A stretch of 60,984 nucleotides of DNA, filler included, from Dimargaris cristalligena (GCA_003614675.1; 5 parts of 5 records of this genome joined end to end with filler, not necessarily neighbours in it), one strand, 5' to 3'. Positions 24,642-37,324 are shown, counted from the whole stretch's first letter. Notes: a model not told the origin generated them from the letters alone. Numbers and translations: made by a program.

Positions 24642-26745
24642 ATGCTCGCCCCGCCCCGGTGTCTCCAGTCCGAATCCCTTATTCGGGACGCGTTTCAGCT
24701 CACCGTGAAGGTCTTGGCTCTACGCGTACTACCCCAACAGGTTGGTTCGGTCACTAAACAGTTCGCGGCCAATCTCTTCAACCAGCCCCGCCTCCGCAAT
24801 GTCGTCAATGACGGCGAAGGCAAGGGCCCCCCCGGAGTTCAGGGCCGGCGACTGAATGCATTGACCCCCTCCCCCTCCCAGTCCACCTCCGCCGCCACCA
24901 AGCTGGTTCTGCTAAACCAATCTTTCCAAAGCCCCCAGGATTTGCCAACCCCCCTCCTCGACTGGGCCCAACGCGAACAATGCGACACCTGTGAGTACGA
25001 ACTGCAATTGGGTTACGACTATTGGCAGGCCGACGATATTCTGGGGGCTATTCTGCCCACCGAGCTACCCCCTCCCACCTCATTCGAAACCGTGGGGCAC
25101 ATTGCCCATATGAACTTGCGCGACGAATACTTGCCCTACCGCCACCTCATTGGCCAGGTCATTCTCGACAAGGCCCGCAAAATCACCACGGTGGTCAACA
25201 AACTCGATTCCATCGACACCACCTTCCGGTTTTTCAAAATGGAGGTCCTCGCTGGTACCGACGACATGCTGGCCGAGGTCAAGGAGAGTGGGTGTCGATT
25301 TCAGTTCGATTTCTCCAAAGTCTACTGGAACTCCCGCCTCCATACCGAACATGATCGTTTAGTGCAGCGGTTCCAACCGGGCGACTATATCTGCGACGTC
25401 TTTGGCGGCGTGGGTCCCTTCGCCCTCCCCGCCGCTAAGCGGGGCTGCTACGTGTACGCCAATGATCTGAACCCCGAATCATTCAAGTGGCTGCAGGCTA
25501 ATATTCGCACCAATAAGTTGGACCGCCAGATCAAACCCTTCAATTTAGATGGCCGGGCCTTCATTCGCGAGGCCTTTGACCAATTGCGCCAGCAAGGTCG
25601 CGGTGATTTCAAGCCCTACCAATCCTCCACCCAGCGGCAGAAGGCGGCTCGCCAGCATCTGAAACAGATTCAGCAGTCGGAGGGGGAGGGTGCGGCGGAG
25701 GACGGCGATCAGAAAGTGGGGCAGGAACCAACAGCCCCCGCATCCGTCGTCCCCGATGCGGACCAGCGCCCTTTTTACACCTTCCAACACGTTGTTATGA
25801 ACCTTCCTGCTACCGCCATTGAATTTCTCGGTAAGGAACCTTATCCAGTGACTTTTTTATACCGTCTTACTCGGGCAGTTCGTCAACACGGCGATAGTCG
25901 ATTGGTTTGTGTGCCTCAGAACTCGAAAAGTCAACCAGCGGCCTTTGCCAACTGTATTAGAAAGTCTCTAACGTGGTTTAATTATGACATACTTTTATTT
26001 CGGTACAACAGATGCATTCAAGGGTATTTTCTACGGCTTTGAGGACACCATTCGTGAGCACAAAATCGCCATGCCATTCATCCATGTCCACTGTTTCACG
26101 AAATGCGATGAGCCGGAAAAGGACTTGTTTGAGGTAATTGGAATATATATATAATGGGTTCATATTAGTTTCCTCTACGATATCATATATGAGCTTACTG
26201 TCCTTTCAACTTTGAGTATTGCAAAAAAGTGATATTTTATTCCGTTAAGCGATCATACTAATATATTAATTGTACCACTGCCCGGCACTTTTGGCTGCAT
26301 ATTCCCCTGATTGATTTGTCCGTACCTTCTCAATTATTCAGCGCATTTCCTCCACCATCAATCACGAGCTTACCACCGAAACCCCTAACGCTGTCGCCCA
26401 TTTCGTCCGCAAGGTTGCCCCTAATAAGGATATGTACTGTGTAACTTTCCAGCTACCCGAGGCGGTGGCATTTGCCAGGTAATTGCCATGTTCTTTCTTT
26501 TTACCTACCCAACTGGCGGCCAAGTACACCAAAAAGTCTAGGAGGACCAATGCCATTATTAGTTCTCCGAACTATTTTGATTCCCTGGGGATCTCTATGA
26601 CAGTTCCTTTTTTAAAATAACATGTATATTTTTGCTAATCTGCCAATTTATTGACTTTCATTTCCATGGCTATTACTTTGCTCATCACCGCGCTTGGCAT
26701 GTCGCTAATACTGTTAGCCTTAAGCGCAAATCTGACGAGGTCTAG
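24642..26745 (+). CDS. TRM5: tRNA (guanine-37-N1)-methyltransferase Trm5; exons 24642-25830, 26012-26133, 26342-26478, 26718-26745
   Basis: Motifs SFETVGHIAHMNLR, FDFSKVYWNSRLHTEH, DVFGGVGPFALPA, ANDLNP, HVVMNLP, AIEFLDAF, IHVHCF, VRKVAPNKDMYCVTF. The last micro-exon (SLKRKSDEV*) is less certain. Confidence 0.95.
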
Positions 26746-27168
26746 ACCTTTCCCTGAATTTCGGGTCTCCATTGGCGTTCCCGCGACTCGAATGTAGATA
26801 ATGATAAATTCACATGGACATTATTTGACTATTAAAATATTAGGAGATATTATCATCTTCGCATGAGTTGGATAATAATAAAAACAGTTCCGGGAAGATC
26901 AGCACCAGATTATATTGTGATTCACCACTTGTCTGCTGTATGGTTGGACTGTTTTCAATCATCAAATCTTCTTGTTTCAGCTGACCCGACTCCCGCTGAA
27001 ATTTACTATCCTACTCATAGGGTCGAAAAAAATATACACTAATTATAAATGATCCAGCGATATAGAAACTTCAAAATAAGCAATTGGTGATAGTTGAGGT
27101 GTTATTACATAATTAAACTGTTGAAAGGGCCAATTATCGAGTAATCAGTGAAGACTAATGGACACCAA

Positions 27169-28230
27169 TTACGTGCACATATCCCAGAGATAATTGGCGT
27201 AGAAAAAGTTGGAGTATTTGTCGTCAATGACCACCGTATGGACATCATTCTTGGAATTGCAGCCTAAACGATTGAAAGAAAAGGGAGAAGTGCAAAATAA
27301 TACGTGGATATGAGAATACATAACAGCGGGCGGGGGGAGGGGTTACTAGGAGGTTTAGGTTCATTGTATTAAATAATTCACGGCTATGGTGCTTACATAT
27401 CCGGGCCTTCGCAAACTTGCCGGTCTTGTCTGGCAGCAGCTCGATGCCCAGCGACCGGTAGATTTGCAATTTAAGACTGAATAGCCATGAGCGATTCGCC
27501 GGACATACAGGTGTAATAACATAAGATGGTCGAAAAATAATTAGTAAAAAGGACTTTAAACATGGGGGGTAGCATCCCATCACTGGGTAAGGTATATTGC
27601 TGACCTTACTTCCCACCAAATGAGTAGATTCTGAACTATTCAACATAAAATTATGTATGTAGGTGCTTACATGGTGGAGTCAGCTGGTAGCTCTTTTTCA
27701 ACGTCCCGGTGATCTAGTTTATCCGACTGGTCCTTGAGCTGTTCCACGGTGACATTTAGTGAATTGATGACTGATTCCAGTTCATTAATACTCTTGGCCG
27801 TGTTAAATTTGTCCCGGTCCAAGTTGACCAAACGCTCGGTATGAGTAAGACCATCGTCGCCCACTTGGGGCCGCGAAGCATCGGCCTTTAGGTTCTCTAA
27901 CTTGCGAGACAGTGCTGGTCATATTAAACACGCATACAGATATATATATATATATCACTCATGTCAGGTTAGAAAAAAAAGGACGTTATATGTACATAAC
28001 AGTCGGACCAAGAGGAGTATATGGAAGAGGACGAGTAGCTTAGTAGGTGGAGAAAATAACGTACCTTTGAGTATGTCTTGGTCCTCCTTGAGGCGCGTTT
28101 CCCAATTATCGGCTGCCTCGTTCATGTCGTTATCAATGTGTCGAATTAAGTCCAGGTCCGACGAGGGTTGGAAGGTGTGGATCGTCTGTTGGACGATGGA
28201 CCGGGTTTCTTCAATGGCTACGTCGGTCAT
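27169..28230 (-). CDS. SPC24: Kinetochore Ndc80-complex subunit Spc24; exons 28230-28065, 27914-27671, 27476-27397, 27263-27169
   Basis: Coiled coil (LDRDKFNTAKSINELE), then LKLQIYRSLGI and the C-terminus NDVHTVVIDDKYSNFFYANYLWD typical of fungal Spc24. Introns in phase. Confidence 0.9.
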
Positions 28231-29028
28231 GGTTAGTTTGGAATGGCAGCGGTCAGCGGTTGAAAGAGGAAATGGTGGGATGTACTATCGCAATATTCTA
28301 ACGACGGGTAGAGAGAGAGAGAGAGAGCTGCGACTAGTGAAGTATAGATGGCCGCAACGATACATAATAGGTTAGAAAGTCGTCGAATGGGGGAGTGTAA
28401 AGCCAGGGAAAACCCGAAGAACTTGTCAACTGCCGTTGTCACAAATGGGTCAAGTAATACGAGCTAAAGTAAGTATCCCTCCTAAAATTGTAAACAAACT
28501 CCGCCTTATCCAGAGAGAAGGAAACGTCAATGCTCCATAATATAAGTCACATGATTTTAAATGTACATTACACCAACTTCCCATCAAGTCACCTGGGTCT
28601 AGAACCACGTGGACGCTAAAACAATTAGGGCCACAATATCATTCCACCAGCTGGTACTCATCAAGGTCTATCTTCCTCTAAACTCAGATCCGAAATCCTC
28701 ATTGAAACGCGGAAACGATATTTATTCGAAGAGGTAGTGTACGTGGTACGGTAAATGTAGAAAATTGAGGAAATAATAATCAAAAGACTGGTGCGCAGTA
28801 CTGTTATAAAAGTGGAATGCTAGATAAACCGCAAGAGAGCAGTGTCGCCATATAAAAAAAAAATATAGGTCAGTGAACCAAGGGCAGTATAACCCAACAA
28901 ACTAGATCGGTATCGCTTTTCTAAAATGTTGAATTACAATCAGGTAGGGGTAGGAATGGGAAATCTCTCAAACCACCCAGTTCCGTATTTCTGAACAACC
29001 AACCAACCAGTAGAACAACATTATGCAA

Positions 29029-31743
29029 TTATTCCTCTTCCATGTAGTCGGGGTTCTTCTTCAAAATAACAAATCCCTCCAAAACCTTGGACAGAGGAAT
29101 GTATTCCTCAGTGGCCAATTCCGCGCGTTCCGAATGGGCCAACAGCACGGGTGTGGAGTGGGTTTGGAACCCGGTGATGGTTTTCGGCTTACCAGCCTGA
29201 CCCACAACATCGACGGCCTGGCCAACCCGTACAGTGACGTTAAGAGGCTGGAGGTTTTCGTCCATAGTGATGAGGAACCGGGGGTACATGGCTCGCACCA
29301 AATAGTAGAGTAAATAGTGCGAGTTGCCGAAAATCAGGGACCGCGAGCTGGTGAAGGCCAAAAGTGGGACCAGCAGGCCAATCAGGGCCGTGGGGGATAG
29401 CATAGTCCGGTCGTGGTAGTAGGGGTTCAGTGTGAGGGTACCTTTACCCATATGGATCATACCCTGGGCAACTCGTACCATAAACAGAGAGTTGGCGTCG
29501 CGGTAGTAGTAGGAGGCCAGCTGGCGGAGCATCTGGGCTAACCGGGCGTTGTTGGTACCCGCACCCACTAGACCCATGGCAAAAATGGCGTTCACGGCCA
29601 CGTCAAGGTCGCTGTCGTGCGAGTATTTACTCAGAGTTTCCAGAACGTTAACCAGCGGATTCGAAACGCACAGCAGACCAATGGCCAGGGGGACGGCGCG
29701 GCGAATAACGGGCTCGCCATAGTGCATCAAGTGGTTGAAGGCGCGGAGCGCCATTTCGGCACCGACCTCCTCGCCCATGGCGATGAGGGCCACCCCGAGG
29801 ACGGCGAATCCCTGGTGCTGGTCGTTATCCTTGGCGGGGTCCAGGTGGTCGCTGCACAGGTGGAGCATTTCTTGGACCTTGAGCACGTTACCGGTACCGG
29901 CATAGGCACAGGCGTGGACCAAAACACCGACCTGAGCACCGACGGGATGTTCGATGGCCTTGAGCACCGCCAAGGTGGCGTCAGCCGCGTCTTGTTTGCC
30001 CAGGTAGAGCAGGGCCAGCCCGAGGCCCATGAAGCGGGCGAACGGGCTATTAAGGTCCGTTTCGGTACGTTCGGTCAGGGCCTCCAGGATGGTCGATGTC
30101 AGTTCAACGTGGCAGGTGCCCACGGCCACCATACCCGCCGATAAAGCTGACATGGAAGCCTGTTCCATGCTGATGGTGTCGTTATTCGCAACGGCCGGGT
30201 TGAGCATATCCACGATATCGTCACGGCCTGAGCCGGCGTAGGCCAAGCCCAAACCGCAGGAGGCGGCTACACGCACGACTGAGCTGGTGTTTTCCAAGAA
30301 GTCGACCAGCAGGGCCCGGGCGGGATCCATCTCGCTACTGATACCCACGTTGACCAGTCCAATACCCAGCAGGGCACCGGCCTTGATGTAGTCGTCGTTG
30401 GAGTACAGGTGCTGGTCAATGGCACTCAGACCGCCGTCGATGTTCCACAGGTAGATGGATCCCAGCGAAGCAGTAGCGCTCATCATACCCGCATCTTTAT
30501 TTTTGTAAATCCAGGTGTTGGCCTGGGCGCCACTGGCGGAGGCCGAGCTGCTCTCCTCCTTGGCCGGGATGGCCATTAGCTTATCGTGGCCGAAACCAGC
30601 GTTGACAAAGGCATTCACAAAAGACGAGGCCAGGTTTTGGCGGGCCGAATCGACACTCGCCGAGGTGCGGGTGTTTTCGTACTGGGACTTGTAAATGTCT
30701 TCAGGGGTTTTGGCATCGTACACATCCAGTTCGCGGGCCAATTCGATGAAATGTGTCGACAGCGTAGAGTTACGCAGGCACTTGAGGACCTCTTCATTGG
30801 CGGTTTCCTGGGGCAGGCTCAGTTGTTGGCGGGCCATGATAAAGGCCAGCTGTTTGCGTTCGGCCTCACTGGTGCAGCTATCAAAATCCTCCTGAATCAG
30901 GTCAGAGTCTCCGATGCGAATGGCCAAAGGCAGGGCCTGAGCGGGCGTCCCGAATTGACGGTAAATCTGCCGGGCGGCGCGGAGGAAATCCATATCGTCG
31001 GGGGGGGTAAGCAAGTTAACACAGCTGAGCATATACAGACCCACCCGGGCGTAGTTGTTGATATCCACGTAATCGGGGATAGCAGAGATGGACTCCAGCT
31101 CAATCAGTAGATCCACCGCGTCGTGTTCGGCGTTATGCTTCAGGCAGAAGGGCACTAGCTTGAAGCCCAGTTCACGCAGGTCATCCACCGACTGATCGTT
31201 TTCGACCCGTCGGCTATTCTCGTAACTGATCTCGGAGCAGAGGTGGCGCACGTACTCATGGCCCCACAGCGCAAGGTCTTCCTCGTCGGTCGAGCTCAGC
31301 AACCGGTACTTCAGGCAATCGCGGGTATTCTCGTCCGAATAGGTCATGCCCAACACGGAGAGGATGTCCGCAAGAGCGATCCAGTTGGGACCCTCGGGCC
31401 ACCGGTTATACAGGTCCACCATGGTGTGGTAATGGGGGCGCAGGTACTTGAGGGGCTTCGGCACCGACGTCATGGAGCTGGTGGAGGTACGGATGATCGT
31501 GCGGAGGGCCTCTAGGGCGGGCATATGCAACGAGGTATCAGGCTCGGCTAGGCGCTCCAGCAGCATTTCGAGCTCGTTGACGAGCTGCTGGTCTTCCTCC
31601 GAGAGCTCTTCCTCGTTCTTATTCTTGTCCTTGTCCTTTTGGTTCTTGGACTGACGCTCCGCAGTCGGTTTGGCGTCGCTGGGGCTGTTCTTGGCGGCAT
31701 CGGCCTTGCCGTCGGCACCGTTATCTTTAGGACCGGGGGCCAT
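29029..31743 (-). CDS. RPN1: 26S proteasome regulatory subunit Rpn1 (PSMD2), single exon, 904 aa
   Basis: EELSEEDQQL, STSSMTSVPKPLK, WGHEYVRHL, PC repeats, GTNNARLAQMLRQLA, VRVGQAVDVVGQAGKPKTITGFQTH, LEGFVILKKNP. Confidence 0.98.
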   Translation of the reverse strand: MAPGPKDNGADGKADAAKNSPSDAKPTAERQSKNQKDKDKNKNEEELSEEDQQLVNELEMLLERLAEPDTSLHMPALEALRTIIRTSTSSMTSVPKPLKYLRPHYHTMVDLYNRWPEGPNWIALADILSVLGMTYSDENTRDCLKYRLLSSTDEEDLALWGHEYVRHLCSEISYENSRRVENDQSVDDLRELGFKLVPFCLKHNAEHDAVDLLIELESISAIPDYVDINNYARVGLYMLSCVNLLTPPDDMDFLRAARQIYRQFGTPAQALPLAIRIGDSDLIQEDFDSCTSEAERKQLAFIMARQQLSLPQETANEEVLKCLRNSTLSTHFIELARELDVYDAKTPEDIYKSQYENTRTSASVDSARQNLASSFVNAFVNAGFGHDKLMAIPAKEESSSASASGAQANTWIYKNKDAGMMSATASLGSIYLWNIDGGLSAIDQHLYSNDDYIKAGALLGIGLVNVGISSEMDPARALLVDFLENTSSVVRVAASCGLGLAYAGSGRDDIVDMLNPAVANNDTISMEQASMSALSAGMVAVGTCHVELTSTILEALTERTETDLNSPFARFMGLGLALLYLGKQDAADATLAVLKAIEHPVGAQVGVLVHACAYAGTGNVLKVQEMLHLCSDHLDPAKDNDQHQGFAVLGVALIAMGEEVGAEMALRAFNHLMHYGEPVIRRAVPLAIGLLCVSNPLVNVLETLSKYSHDSDLDVAVNAIFAMGLVGAGTNNARLAQMLRQLASYYYRDANSLFMVRVAQGMIHMGKGTLTLNPYYHDRTMLSPTALIGLLVPLLAFTSSRSLIFGNSHYLLYYLVRAMYPRFLITMDENLQPLNVTVRVGQAVDVVGQAGKPKTITGFQTHSTPVLLAHSERAELATEEYIPLSKVLEGFVILKKNPDYMEEE

Positions 31744-32828
31744 CTTGTTCCGCTGAAATCAGGGTGAGCTGGGCGGGTTTATCGGGGGATGCGGTCAATA
31801 AGAAGCGACCAGCGATTGAAAGTTGCTGCGTTGATGGGATGGGAATTACCGAAAGTAAAAAGGGGATAATAGGGGAGCGGGATGCGGGTCCGATAATGAG
31901 AAGGAAAGGTCGGAGTGCGATAGTGAATAGAATGGAAGCAGACCAGGTTAAGGGAAGGTGGATGCAAGTCAAGCGGGCTATGGGAGAAGGCCGGCAGTAT
32001 GGCGTTGGTAAGCCAATCTAGCCTTGACTGCATCGAAGGACCTAGCCCAAGGGAAACACGGAGGCTTAGAAATCAGCACTATATGCGAAGCGGAGTCAAT
32101 TTCGTGGAATCCAGGAGGCGAGGTGGGAAATATCCCACGGCGGGACATTATCCTCATTCAGAATCGATGTAACGTCAAGTGGTTCGAATGACCTTTGTCC
32201 ATTTGGCCTCCCTGCCGCCCCTTTGACCAAGTATAGGTTAACTATTGGATATTATGAATGAAGGCAAATGGGGAAATTGGTGGGATACTTTATCAGCCCG
32301 GGTAGGATACATACAGCTCAGCAGTCGAATTATTCATTATACAACTGGATTAAACTTACTCCAACCACCAAAATGAATTAATTAGCCATAGAAGTTGTTA
32401 ATGTCAGGAATATTAGCCGCCTAACCGATGGCCCAACCTTCAGCAAAGCATACGGTTAAAGACACTGGATTCGGTTACCAGCTGCCTTGCGTATGTGGTT
32501 CGAACCAACTGGTGATGTACTGGGGCGTTTATTATGTTATAATCCTTGGTGTACGCTACAGACATTTATAGACAGGTATAATAAGTGGGCCAATTTCAAT
32601 ACCGCCGTACTGGGGTAGCCAGTGCGAGTAAATACTTAATCACAGGTCAAATTGGGTTATGGGGCAGTTGGGCAAGTTTTAAAAAATAGCCAAAAATAGT
32701 GCTGCTGTAAGGGTAGGTTTAGGCTGAAGCGGACAAGTGAATCAGACAACTGAAGTGAATCTCCATCAGAGACCAAATTGACTCTCATAAACCCCTCCAA
32801 TGGCGGTTAAGTAAGGTACACTTTACGA

Positions 32829-33218
32829 CTAGTATTTGGGTGGGATGGAGCGGCGGTTGAAAACTTGGCCGCAGGGGCCGCTGATACAGCCGGTGCCACA
32901 GTGGGCAGTAGTAAAGCCGCACCAGCCTTGCTGGCTACAGCAAGCACCGCTCTGGCAGGGCGAATTAGCGTTGCAGCTGCCGGGTCCGTTGGGTGGGGGA
33001 TTGGGGGAGCCGGGAGTAGGGGTACCCTTGCAAGGCCCGCTCTGACAGCCGGAGCCGCAATGGGCGTCAGTCGAGCCGCAGAAACCGAAGCCGCTACAGC
33101 AGGTACCGTTGGCACACGGCTTAGCGACACTACAAGTACCGTCGGAGCCCTCGGCCACGGCAGAAGCAACGAGGACCGAGAGGGTGGCGAGGAGAGTGAT
33201 GGTGAAGAACTTGGCCAT
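32829..33218 (-). CDS. Secreted chitin-binding protein with two hevein/CBM18 domains
   Basis: Signal peptide, then CCSGFGFCGSTDAHCGSGCQSGPC and CCSQQGWCGFTTAHCGTGCISGPC (8 Cys per domain) separated by a Pro-rich linker. No catalytic domain. TATAAAA at 33369-33375. Confidence 0.92.
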   Translation of the reverse strand: MAKFFTITLLATLSVLVASAVAEGSDGTCSVAKPCANGTCCSGFGFCGSTDAHCGSGCQSGPCKGTPTPGSPNPPPNGPGSCNANSPCQSGACCSQQGWCGFTTAHCGTGCISGPCGQVFNRRSIPPKY

Positions 33219-34070
33219 GGTGGAGGTAGGTTGTAGTAGGTTCAGTTTAAACTACAGTGGAGTTGGTTGGAATTAGCCTAGAGTATAAAGGGTGCTGGGT
33301 GGTGGGCGCGCTGAATGGTGCTAGTGAGGAAGTGCTTGATGATAATCCAGGCGATACTCAGGTCCGACTTTTATATTTTTTGAAACTAATGGTAGTAGGC
33401 TGCTCAATCGATTCACAATTTTAGTTTGGGTTTGTAGCCAGCAAACGTTCTTAGATTCCGTCTTAAACACTCCCTGGCCTACCCATCTATATAATAATAC
33501 GGGATGAATAAGCCGCTGGCGGATAAAAGATGAGTTTTCACGGAAATGCGAAATAATCTCTATAATTGTTTTTATTCAGAATGGCCCGGTCCAAAAACCG
33601 GAGTTCCAAATATATTGCCTAGTGAGGCCTCCCCCGAATTTGTAGTTTCATCGGCAGGACATTGGCCCAATGGTCTGCAAGAAGTCAACTATTTCTATTG
33701 TTTTAATCTGCATCCCACAGCCCCGCTTTCCAAAAATTACCGGTTCAACGTATCCGTGACATCATATCCATATGAATCGATACATACATTCGGGTTATAA
33801 ACCAAAAACAGTAGGTGGCATCGAATTATTCATGCCGTGTATTAGTGATAGACCCTTTCGGACTCCGAAATTAATAAAACTTTACGAATGTGAATCCGTC
33901 TGCACACTTTCCTAGACCCTTGCTGTGACAATAGCCCAAACTAGGGCAGCTGACTACCTTGAAGTCATGGGTCGATAAATACAACTATGTTTAGGTCAAT
34001 GGCCACACAAATGAGCAGAGTAGTTGGCGATTAGCTCCCAAGCTACCAAGAGAACAATGCAACACCAAAA

Positions 34071-36260
34071 TTAGATGTAAGAAATATCGTATATACAATA
34101 AATTGGCGGCAGCCTTAACGGGTGCATAAATAAGCTAGCGACTGACAAAATATTGTTAGTTTTATGGGAATTGGCATGCGCTACAGAATCTTTAATAGAG
34201 TACGTAAGCCAGGAATACCAGACGCTAGGCACGTCAAGATATGATTGAAAAATGCTTTCGACCTGATCCTTGCCAGGGAGTCTTACTACCATAGAGTCCC
34301 ATGACACCTGTGGGTACATCCGAGGATGATATCCATTACCTAGAACTTGGGATATCTGGATAACCTAATAGAAAAAACGGACCACACTGGTAAGCGGGAT
34401 TCCGACCTTAGAACTCAGCAGCGATAATATATGTCGGTCCATGAACAATCTATTTATAGCATACCGGCATCAGACGTTGGTAGCGTCCAACTAATTATAA
34501 AAATTACCAACCTAAGTGTCTAAGGACCTATAAAATAGCGAAAAAAAAGCACATAGCGGCATAGTATACATTTGAGTAATTAGAGACTGTTGAGCTCTGT
34601 AAACCTATAGATATTGATATATGTTAGGCAACTTTGGTCAATTTTTGCATAAATACCACATGATACATCTAATGCGTCATAGAATAACCCGTTGATGCTG
34701 TTACAGGTGTACGCTAGAGGGTCCCTCAAATATATGAACTTTTACAAGCAGGGAGGTTTGGCCAATATAAGCGCATTCTTGGGGCTATACACATCATATG
34801 CCTTATTTATATCCGATAGAGGTAGGGACATCATACTAAGAAACCTCGGATTAATCCAAATAGAACATATAATAAACTCCAGGAAACCGAATGATGTACT
34901 AATAATATTCTAGGCAGCCATCCGCACGTACAGGTATGAATAGAACTACTAGATGCTAGTGGACTGAGGAGTCATTATTATTTTGGCGTAAAGTAGACTT
35001 TGGTAATTACTATCAATAGCAAATTGTGGTTTGGTAAAAACCTACAATTTATCGAATTTATTGGGTACGATCATTTCCATAATCATGTATTTTATTACAA
35101 CAAAGGAATCGCTATTGCCTTAACAATGAATTGTTCAGTTTCATCTGAAATCGGGGGTGGGAAGTAACCCGCCGAAAATAAGACCTGGTGCGAAAGGAAA
35201 GGCCGTCAATGACGATGGACCTTCGCTAGTGATCGTGTGGATATCTCCAGCAATATCATGGCCAGCCCCACCGTCCAGTGTATTGAAAACCCCAATTTTG
35301 TTCTTTAAAACGGGGAACATAGCCCCGAACACGAGTGTGAGTATAATTAAGTAAGATTATGAGTTCGCTTCCGATTAACATACTCGGGAGCAAATAATCA
35401 TGGCGGACCATTTAATGAGATATTATATATATTATTTTAGAATATATCACATTAAAGTAATCATCTGTTAGTGTACCAGAGAAGGGGTCCACAGATGTGA
35501 AGAACGAAGATGACCAGGGTTGCCTTGAGTTCGTTATTATTGGCTCGACTTTACAGATATATTCGATTTTTTGTATAAATAGTAAATCATTCGTTAAAAT
35601 TGCGATGTCCCAGTTTTCCTGCGTAACCGGTTTCTCTTTCCGAAAGAGACAAAGTCATCGTCTTCGTCCCTGTCTTTCCGACCTCCAGGCCCGATTCCCC
35701 ATAGTTCGACAATACCCCATCAAATCCTCCCGGTCCCCCGGTTCCTGGCACTGCAGGATCATACCCGTCCGCTTGATTGGCTAGTGGGATGAATTTCCGA
35801 AAGGGGGCGCCGACGTCGGGCTAGATAAACTGGTCCTTGGGATAGGTAGCTTGCTCTGGCCTAGTACAAACTTAGCACTTAGGATTCAATATAGTGTTCC
35901 TTCCGGGGGCGGATATAAATTTTCTATGCGTATTGTATATATGTATATATTGGACCCTTAACTCTTGCCATTTCTTCAATTGGATTGCTATGGTCTTTTC
36001 TCTAAAAGTTCTGCACATTGGCCCCCGAGGAGCTCGTTCCGAATACTAAGATGGGCGTAACCTACAAGAAGATTACCATCAGTGTCCCAGTTTATCTACA
36101 ATGGGTATATTAGCAATACATCGGCGCAGAAGTAAAGATATTCGCCTGGACAAATACTGCTCCAACATCAACGAGGTGTTTACCAACAGGCCCTGGCATC
36201 CCATGGCGAACATTGTATCAACTGTACGGGGCTATTTGTCTGTACGCTGGGTGGTATGGA
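34071..36260 (-). pseudogene. Fragmented coding-like sequence (probable pseudogene remnants)
   Basis: Protein-like pieces (e.g. PDVGAPFRKFIPLANQADGYDP..., YPQVSWDSMVVRLPG...) with splice-like signals but interrupted by stops. No coherent model. Confidence 0.25.
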
Positions 36261-36269
36261 TGACCTATA

Positions 36270-36529
36270 TTTTGGAAATTCATTTCTCCCGCCCCTCCGA
36301 ATCCTATACTCTGATTGGTTCGTCCTAATACCTGGGATTATTCTCTATCTATGATTATATCACCTTATACTCGGAACAACGTTTTTATCATCATTACCGC
36401 TATTTCCAATACAATAAAACCAACCGCAGGCATCTAGCTTTGCCCCTTGCGGTTCTTTCTCTCTTCTTTAAATTATTTTAGTTGTATCCGAAGGCACTTG
36501 CGTTTACCATCGAATCTATATTTCCAACA
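36270..36529 (+). mobile_element. Solo LTR (family B)
   Basis: T(T)TTGGAAAT...ATTTCCAACA inverted termini and AATAAA at ~36414. Homologous to 11554-11772. Confidence 0.7.
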
Positions 36530-36562
36530 ACTAGGCCTAGGAATGCGAGTAACGAGTCCTGG

Positions 36563-36662
36563 NNNNNNNNNNNNNNNNNNNNNNNNNNNNNNNNNNNNNN
36601 NNNNNNTTAATTAATTAANNNNNNNNNNNNNNNNNNNNNNNNNNNNNNNNNNNNNNNNNNNN
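36563..36662. other. Artificial contig-joining spacer
   Basis: N44-TTAATTAATTAA-N44. Confidence 0.97.
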
Positions 36663-36814
36663 ATAGAAAAAACAATATAATAATGAAAATGGAGGAAAAA
36701 TGACCATACTCATCAGGAGCAGGGGCTCATTCACTTGTCAGGGGCGTACTTCCGATAAGTGCAAAAAATGGATTAAAAATAAAAGTAGGTAAAAAATGTG
36801 GTAAGTTCACTACA

Positions 36815-37174
36815 GGGGGTAAGAATAAGCTAAAGAATTTAACTGGTCCCAATGGGGCCTAGTTATATATATGCAGGGACAACTCCAGAGGGAGGCCCCA
36901 AGGGAAGGATCCTACTAAGACTAAGGTATGGTGGAAATAGGCCAACCAGATGGCTGTTAGAGTCTGGAAGACTCTGATGGTAACCAGAAGAGTCTTTGGA
37001 TCAGCACTTGAGTGATTAGTGTGAAGAGGCAGAGTCTGGAAGGGGAAAAGTTATATGATATAGGGTGATCCCATAGTACTGGGGATGACCATAGGAAGGT
37101 TAATATGGTATTATAAGGCCTAATAGGGACAGACACTAGCATGTCCAGATTAGGGTAGATTTGTTGGTCTAACA
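36815..37174 (-). mobile_element. LTR family A, partial copy (reverse orientation)
   Basis: The reverse complement begins TGTTAG and aligns with 10666-11020 and 49554-49910. Confidence 0.7.
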
Positions 37175-37324
37175 TGATATACCTATCTATTGTGTTACTA
37201 TTCTCAGGAATTAGGAACAAGTTATAATTAAATTTGTGTTAGCCCTTATAATCTACCTTTATCCAGCTGGATTAAGTAAATAACCTTATAAGGCCTTATA
37301 ATACCATATGGGAGTGGTTCAACA

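Noticed and set aside
29617..31654. Long antisense and alternate-frame ORFs over RPN1 (likewise over NASP, ETFDH, TOM40 and the hevein gene)
   Set aside because: Expected shadows of GC-rich codon usage, mostly with non-ATG starts and no domain signal.
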